Assembly (NCBI GenBank): GCA_002104945.1
Contig: MCFH01000093.1
Coordinates: forward strand, 55,147 to 119,146
DNA length: 64,000 nucleotides
Reading direction: 5' to 3'
From: Piromyces finnis finn
Lineage: Eukaryota; Fungi; Neocallimastigomycota
The notes under the pieces were generated by a model. That model made no database searches. It saw only the letters and a list, made by a program, of their open reading frames with translations, and had not been told where the DNA came from. Positions 55,309 through 64,000 of this stretch are shown here, piece after piece. Position 1 is the first letter of the stretch. Each line of letters opens with the position of its first letter. Made by a program: the position numbers and the translations under genes.

Positions 55309-58300
55309 TTTATTATAATTTATAATTGCTAATATAATAAATTTGAACTATGTTAATATAATCTTCCAATTTATTCTGGTATTTATATTAAAACAAAACT
55401 TACTCTTAATTAAGTCTTATATTATCGTGTAGTGATTTATATACTTTTTATAAAACCTTTAAAATATTATCAATGCTAGCAAAGATATATTTAATAAACT
55501 TTTGGTTTTAATTATATTGTTATATTGTTAATAATGAATTTTAAGTTTAATATTGATATTTCTTTAGAAATCTTTTTTAAAGGAAATATCTATATATATT
55601 AAAATAATAAAATAAAACTATTTTAATTATTTATATTTAACTTATTTTATATCTATTAATTATATAACTAAATAACAATATTGCTTATTTAAATTATATT
55701 TTGATTAAATGAATTTAATATTTGTTATTTTCTTTTTTTTTTTCTTATTCTTTGAAATGATTTTTTATTTTTTATTTTTTTTTATTTTAATATATATTAC
55801 TTTCTTTTATTTTAAAATTTATCACTATAATTTTATCGCTATAATTTGATTTTATTTATTTTATGTTTAGGTATTTTTTATCTTACTACTTTATTTATAT
55901 ATATATTTAATTCTTAACCATATAATATTTACTTTATAGATAATAAATATAATAAACTTTATATTTACTTTTTACAAAATAGGAAAGATTTTCTATTAAA
56001 GGTAAATATATAAATAATTTATAAACAAAAGGTCTTTTGTGAATTTAAAAAAAAACTAAAAATTGAATAAATACAAAAAGATAATTTAGTTTTTTTTTAT
56101 TTTCTTATTACTATTAAGGATGAATCGGTATTAGAATTAATAAATATTAAATACTATAGTAATTATAAATAAATAATAAATAGTGTTGATATGGTGATAA
56201 TTTTAAATAAATAAATAAATAGTTTGTTTTATATTTCAACTTATAAATAAATAGTATTTAAATTTGACAGCTAACTTATTTATCAGAATGGATAGTAATA
56301 TATACTTATATATTGAATTTTTGTGTTGTTATTAATAGTGTTTTTAATTTTGTTTTATATTTACTAATACAAATAAATTACTGTTTTATATATTTCAAAT
56401 ATATATTATTTCTATTTATATTAGTTTTTTTTTCTTATATAGATTTTCGGTTTATTATATAAATTAAGAATATTTCTTTACAAAAATGATATATATTTTC
56501 TTAAAATATGCTATCTATAATAATTTGTTTTGTTTTTCTTTATATATATATATTTTAAATATTAAATTTATTAACTTTTCCATAAAAAAAAGTAAAAAAA
56601 AAAGAAGAAAAGATTAATTATAATAATCAATCAAACATTATAATCATTTAATAAGTTGCTTTAATCTTTTCTTTTTTTTTTAATATGTTTTTTTTTTTTT
56701 TTTTTGTTGTTTTTTTTTGTTTTAAGTTTTCTTAAATACTATATATAAATAAATATAAATAACAACAATAATTTCAAAGGAAAAAAAAAAAAAAGAAAAA
56801 GAATAAAAAACTTTTTATTTTTTTATATAATTATTAAATGGTGGGTCGTATAGGTAAGATGAATATTAAAAATATTTTAAATAATAGATTAATCCTATTC
56901 ATTACAATTAATAATTAAAAAAATTAACTTTATTTATTATAATTTCGATTTTAAAAGTTAATATAAATATTCTAATTCTAACAATATATTATATATGTTT
57001 TAATTTATTTTATTGTATATGTTATATATATTTATATTATTAATTTATATTTTAATATATTTTTGAATACAATATATTATTTTATATTAAATAAATTAAA
57101 ATATATGACAATAATATAACATATTTTAATTTATTATAAAATGTTAGTTGAATGATAAAAATAGATAAATGGAATTATTATAATAAAATTTATATTAATT
57201 GATAAGTATATAAAATATTAATATATGTAATTATATTAAAATATTTAAATAATATATATTATTATATAGAACTAGTAATCAATAAATATTTTAATATTTG
57301 TAATACCATTCAATAATAATTTATTCATTAAAAACTGGTGATGAATTATATATGACACAAAAGCTTAAAAGTATAGTATTGATTATTGAATGTGGTTAGA
57401 TGATATAATTAAAAACAAATTTTAATATAGCCAAAAAAACTAAAAATATCGTTTATAATTACTTTTATATATTTTACTTTTACAATATATTAGTTTATAT
57501 AAATAATATATTAAGTAATATTTTCTCATTTTAAAAAAAAATTTGAATATTGAGGTTTATTTATATATACGATAATGTGTTGTTGCAGTTGTTAAGATAA
57601 TAAATGTGGGATATAATAAACAAATGCCTGTCATTAACAATGTATATAAATTTAGATTATATTTTATCATAATAAATATAGATTTAATAGAACACCATAC
57701 AAACAAATGTTACTATAGTTATTTTCATAAAAAAATGATATATATAATAGAATATATGTAATAATAGATGTTTATTTAATAAAGCAAAAATAAATATATA
57801 AAACATATTTAATATACTATAATTATTTTAACTTTTTCCAAATAGTAATAAAATAGTCAAGGATTAAGAAGTATTTCTATTTTTTTTTCGAATATGAAAT
57901 GAAATAATTTAAAAAAAGCATATTTTCTCTACCTATTGATAATACCATGATTTGTTTAAATTGTCCATAAATATTCTACGCAAAATATACATTTTCTACT
58001 AACATTTTTAAACATTTTCTTTTGTGATAACAATCTCCTATAAATCAATAACTAATAGAACTTTTATTTAATCTAATTTTTTCTATAAAGAATATTCTTA
58101 TTTTTATATATCATTGAATACATTAATGTATATATATAAGTACATTAAATACAATTAAAATAGAATAATAGACATATTATAAATTTTATTATATTTTAAT
58201 GAATTAACACTACTATGTGACACTACATTAATTTATTAAAAAGGTGATTTTTTAAAAGAATGTTACATATACCACCATTCTATATTAAATTGTTTTGAAT

Positions 58301-59676
58301 TAATTATCTATTAAATTATAATAAATAATAATTAATTTTATATAATAAGTTTCTATCTTATTCTATATAAAAAATTTAATTTATTTTTTGTATATTACTT
58401 ATATTTAAATCAAAAAATATATTACTCTAATAAAACTTTTATTATATATATATTATTACTATATTAGTAATAATAATGTTTGAGTGCTTTTAAGTCAATT
58501 AAAGTTGTTACTTTATTTATTATTATTATAAAATAGATGATAATTCATAAGCCATAAATAAAATTAATTAGGTTTTACATAATAGAATTTTATAATATAT
58601 ATAATTAAGTACTAATCCTTTTACGATATTAAAATGGAATATCCATAGCTAAAAAGGATTATTAAAAGTAGCCTTATTATTATTACCTTTAAAATTTTGA
58701 TGATAGTATTTGATTCTTTACCAAATACATGTATAGGTTTAACTTTTCTCTTTCTATTGATATTAATATTATAATTGAATATGGTCAATAGTATTTAGTT
58801 TTTCAATCATTCATATTACTTTTAAAAATTTTTTGGAAATACTTAAAAAACTGATATTAATTTTTCTCAAATCAATATTCTATAATAAATAATATATTAA
58901 ATAAAATGTTTATACTTTTTTTTGTATTCAGAATATAAAATTGACATTTATACTTTATCTAATTTGTTATATAAATGTATTACTATATTTTATACTTATT
59001 GTTGATATTATTATTAATTTCTTTTCTTTTTTTATAATAAAATAGTAAAATGGTAATACATAAGATTTATGCTTCTTTATAAAAAAAAATACAGAAAACT
59101 AATTTAAACTCTTTCCTTTTATAGTAAGATTAGTTTTAAATTTAAAATATTAAAATTGTATATTTGATTAAATCAAATTTTTAAATTGTAATATAAATGT
59201 ATTATTATGTATGTATTTTTTTGTACATAAGATTATTGTTTTCTTTAAATTTTTAATTTTCTGTATATAAAAAAAACAAAGATTTCTATAATTATTTAAA
59301 TGCTATAAATGTATTATTTTATATAATATTTTTTTTTATTATTATTATGTTTTAAGCATTCCTAAAATTTGAAAAAGGGATTTAAATATTTATAATAAAG
59401 TAGGACTACTGTGTTGTGTACGTATATATAATGATATAAATTATCTTTATATATATTATATTTTTTATAACTATAATTTAATACTAAAAAAAAAAAATCT
59501 TGGTTAAAACTAAATTCTATTTGGAATATTTCCAATAGTATTATTATTATTGATGTTATTTGTTATTTTTATTATTAATAAATATGAATTTGTTTTATAT
59601 TATTATTATTTATGCTAATTTTCATCTGTTATAAATTATCTACTTTTTTTTTATTCATATTTCTTTTAATTTTAAC

Positions 59677-61136
59677 TTATTCTGCCTTTTTTACTATTTC
59701 TTTAGTTTCAACTGGAAGATATCTTGGGAAAAAGAATTGGTAACCAATGAACCAATATAATGCTGGGAATAAAAAGCCAAATTTTTTTCACGGAAATGAT
59801 GGTAATAGTAGTAGTAATACAGAGAGTGTAAAACCAGAGGAAAAACAATGATTAAACAGAGAATACAAGCACAACAAGTTTTTTCTTGCTCTTTGTTTCT
59901 TTTCAGGTAAAGTGTTTTTTATCTAAAGGTAACTAGCTTGCTTTCTAAGAATTGGCCAGATTCTTCTAAAAGGAAAAGGGAAGAATGGACAAGAAGAAAT
60001 ACATGTCCAGACACATCAACCAATCCAATGTCCTTATGAACTCTATGACAATGATTGATGTAGCAAAACAAAGGTATTCTCTTCACCATTTTTATTTGAA
60101 ACTTCACATTTACCATATTGAAGTTGAATACGATTGAAATACCTGGACCAAAAGCCCATTTACAAAGAATAAACCAATATAAGGAAGCAAATATAACGTA
60201 TTAAAGAAATATTTTACTTTTCTTGGTCTTTCCTGAAAAAAGATAAAATATGAAAATAACAAGGGTGGTCCATGCCTATTATTATCCAATATTACAGCAT
60301 TAATTATTGAAAAATTATTCATTTTAAATTTATTAATTAAGAGTATTGATTATGATTAAATAAAATAGAATGGTTAAATAAAAAGTGTTTTATTATATTG
60401 GTATTGTTAAAAATAATTTATTAATGTATTATGTAGAAGTATTATTATATTGGATTGTTAAAATAATTTTAATGTATTATGTAGAAGTATTAAAAGTATA
60501 TAAATAAATGGAATTAATATTTATTTAAAATGCATTAAACATAACTATAAAAGAGTAATAATAAGAGTAAATCTTGGAATTATATATTAAAGTAAAAATT
60601 ATATTTATTAATAATCCAACATTAGTTCTATTACTGTATTAATATAAAACACTGTTTTTTATATATGATTTTTATATAATAATTTAAATTGTAAATTATA
60701 TTTGTTAATGACAATTTTATTAATAATATTTATTTTCTTGTTGATTTGATTTTCTTTGTAACTTTTTTATTTTTTTTTTATTGATATTTTCTAATGTTTA
60801 ATTATATGGGTTTCAAGTTTATTTATTATTAAAATTATTTAAAAATTAAGTGATTTCTATCAAGATTCTATTTAATTTTCCTCACATTTATATATGTATA
60901 TATAATGTATAAATATAAATAAAAAAAACATTTCATAGTTACTAAATGGGTTATAAACTTACCCAACCTAATTTGGCAAAATATTGATTTATTACACTTT
61001 TCTTCTTTGTATAGGTACCATATGTATTTTCTGAGATTTCTTCGAAATAATACTTACGGAGAATTGAACCAACTAGTACAAGAATAAAATAAAAACTTAT
61101 AATTACTATTGGATTTAATGGTGGTAATGTTTTAAC
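59677..61136 (-). pseudogene. FIT/Scs3-family (fat-storage-inducing, acyl-CoA diphosphatase) gene with multiple 1-bp frameshifts in the last exon; start not located
   Basis: Exon NQYFAKLGW splices to AWTTLVIF. Fragments [37 protein letters not shown] and YHHFREKI are FIT motifs but lie in different frames. Confidence 0.75.
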
Positions 61137-61453
61137 CTTTATTTTAATATTATTTTTAATTTCTTTTTTTTTTTTTTTTTTTTAAAGAAAATTTTCACTT
61201 TTATTTATTTATATTAATTATAATTGATTTTTTGTTATAATAATTTATGTATAGTCATATGATTTAAGTCATAAAATAAAATTAAAAAAAAAAAGGAAAA
61301 TTTAAATATTCAACAGTTTCTTATGTGCAACGATAATTTCAATTCTTCTATTTCTAATTTAAATTCCACAATATAAGCATACAAAATAATTTATTTAAAA
61401 ATTTATAATAGAAATAATAGAAATAAGTTCTCGACTAATAATAATTTAAATAT

Positions 61454-61488
<35 letters not shown>

Positions 61489-62334
61489 TTAATAATAAAT
61501 TATAAAGAAAGAAGCAATGAAAAAGTATTTGAAATATATGGAAATATATGAAGTACGTGTTATTTATTTTAAAAAAAAAAGGCGTATGATTTACAAAAGA
61601 TACTGTATAATTCTATTAATTTTTAATATAAAAATATATATAATAATAGAAAAAGGTATATATTTAAATTTCGTTTTTTCTTTTACACAATTTATACTAT
61701 CACTTCGGAAAAAAACAATATAATTTACATTATTAAAAAGATGAATTTCTTTTTAAATAATAATATTAATTATGTTTTTATATCATGTAATTTATAATAA
61801 TGAAAATGAGTATTAAATTCATATAAACTATGAATTATCGATAGTTTCATTATTTTAATAATAAATTTGATAGTTATAATTTATTATAAAGAAGTATTAC
61901 TTTATTACTACTATTAAATTCTATTTATAATATTACTAAACTGTTACTAAAATTCCTATCACTTATTTTATTGTATATATATAATCTATGAAAAAATGGT
62001 TTAATTATTTATTTGATTATTATTTATATATATCATATATTTATGAACATATGTAGCTAATTAATATAAACACAAATATGTATTAAAAAGTGTTGTAAAC
62101 GTAATAGTTTTAAAGATTTAAAGATAGTTTTTTTTTTATTTTCATTTTATTTTTATCGTCACATGAATTTATACTTCATCATACAACTGTAATAGAAAAA
62201 GTTACATTGTTAATATTTAGAATGTAATTTTTTCTTTTTGTTATTTTTCACAGATTAAGTCTCAAACTTTAATTAATATTAAAATTTCTTAAAAAAAAAT
62301 TAAAAACAAAAATTTTTGTGTTAAATAATATAAT

Positions 62335-63400
62335 ATGTCAACCAAATCATTTTAGCCAATGACCAACGTCTTCATGGCAAGTCCAACTTTGATACTTATA
62401 GTCTTTTAATCAAGGCGGCCACTTCAAGAAGAAAAGGAAGAAGTAATTGAAAGAGACATGGATAAAGAGGACTTTTTATATAACGACAAGGAATTAGTAG
62501 AAAAGACTAATAAAAAGACAAATTTGAATTCTCAAAAAGAAGAAAATTTTAATACAAAAATAAAAAACATAATTCAATTGAAGTTAACAATAATTTAAAA
62601 AGTAATTCAAAAAGCAATTTAAAAACATTTTTAAAAATATTCATAACGATACCAAAATATTAAAAACGAAAATAACAAATTAAACTCAAAATTGAAAAAG
62701 GACAATTTCACCGAAGACACTTTAAAAGAAATTGCAATTAACAATTACAATTATAAAAAGAAACATAACAAAATAACAAATATTAAAAATAAAAATAATA
62801 ATTACCAAAATTCTGAAATTCCTAGTTCTAGTATTTCAAATTTTGTTGAAAATAATAGATTTACTATTACTGAAAGTCCTGAAAATAAAAATAATTCTCC
62901 TGTTGAAAAGTCTACCATAGTAAAGTTTAATGATACCAAGAAAATTAGTGATAATTACTTCATCATGAAAAAGTGATTAAAAAATTATATATTAGCCTTT
63001 ATACGTTACACAACACCATACTATCTTATTAAGAAAGCCACAAATGTATAATAAAAGAATTTAACGCCGCAACATATAAAAAGGGAGACCTGATATTTCT
63101 TTTGCTGTCCGATCTTGTGAAAATCCCACTGTCTCCGACTGGCACTATGTTCTGTTATTTTAAAATACTTACTCAACGCAATTAGTTAAAAACTGAAATG
63201 TGATGTAAAAGGCTTTATCACAGCCTATACAGGTGCAGATTTTGCAGGGACACTAAAGACAGGAAATCGATATAATACTTATAGGGAACTCTACTCTATG
63301 TCAGTTTTTGAAGAAACAATCTATAATTGTTACACCAATTGCAGAAGCAGGAATATATTAATTGTTAACAATTTGAATAAAATTTAGAAAATTTAGACTT
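62335..63400 (+). mobile_element. Degenerate, internally deleted Ty1/copia LTR-retrotransposon relic
   Basis: Gag-like LHGKSNFDT. RT-end RPDISFAV (63086-63109). RNase H-start ITAYTGADFAG/DTKDRKS and KKQSIIVTPIAEA. Many frameshifts; no LTRs identified. Confidence 0.7.
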
Positions 63401-64000
63401 TAATGAAAAACGTAAAAAGAACAAAAAAAAACAAAAAAAAACAAAGAAAAAAAAACATATATTATATATATTTCATATTATTTTATTTTACTTTAATAAT
63501 ATTTTAAAACAAAGCTTCTAAACATTATTAAATTTCAAATAAAGTGAATGTTAGAAAATCATAAACTTTATTAATTAGTAAAATATATTTAACATAATGT
63601 AATGTAATAATAATGCATGTAATTTAGCATAAGCCATAAATTTTAGTATAAATTGTTAATAAAGTAATGAAAATATAATAAATTACCATAATAAATAAAT
63701 ACTAAAACCTAAAAATTTAACAATATGATTAATTATAATAAATTAATATAAATATGATTAATGATTAAAATTAAATTATAATAATAAATTTCAAATCATA
63801 AAACAAATTTTATTTAATTTATGAATTTTATAAACTTTATATATAATAAAACTTTTTATAAAGTAATATAGTATTGCTGTAGATTACACTATATAAATTA
63901 GTTTTTTGTTTTTTCTTCTTTTCCTCTTTTCCTTTAATAATATTAATACATAAACTGCAAAACGAAGTAAACAACATAAAGGAAAATTTAAATTAGAATA

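Overview
Extremely AT-rich, intron-containing eukaryotic DNA. Composition, intron style and gene content suggest an anaerobic gut fungus (Neocallimastigomycota); this is inference. Bases 1-18.1 kb are a nest of at least six co-oriented (minus-strand), poly(A)-tailed non-LTR retrotransposon copies. Target-site duplications resolve a four-level nest: full-length copy B sits inside the 5' repeat of full-length copy A (intact 1507-aa ORF), A sits inside the ORF of 5'-truncated copy C, and C sits inside a relic (F) of a related family. The element has a single ORF (RRM-like N-terminus, APE, RT, CCHC finger), a precise 5' end formed by two structured 124-bp repeats, and spliceosomal intron signals in its 5' UTR. 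The rest is ordinary fungal gene space: V-ATPase c subunit, R3HCC1L-like, TMEM214-like, APC13, a MATH-only protein, a TmcB/TmcC-like membrane protein, a bacterial-type carboxylesterase, a TTP/TIS11 zinc-finger protein, a frameshifted FIT/Scs3 homolog, a Ty1/copia relic and long microsatellites. All homology calls come from motif recognition by eye, and multi-exon models were spliced manually.
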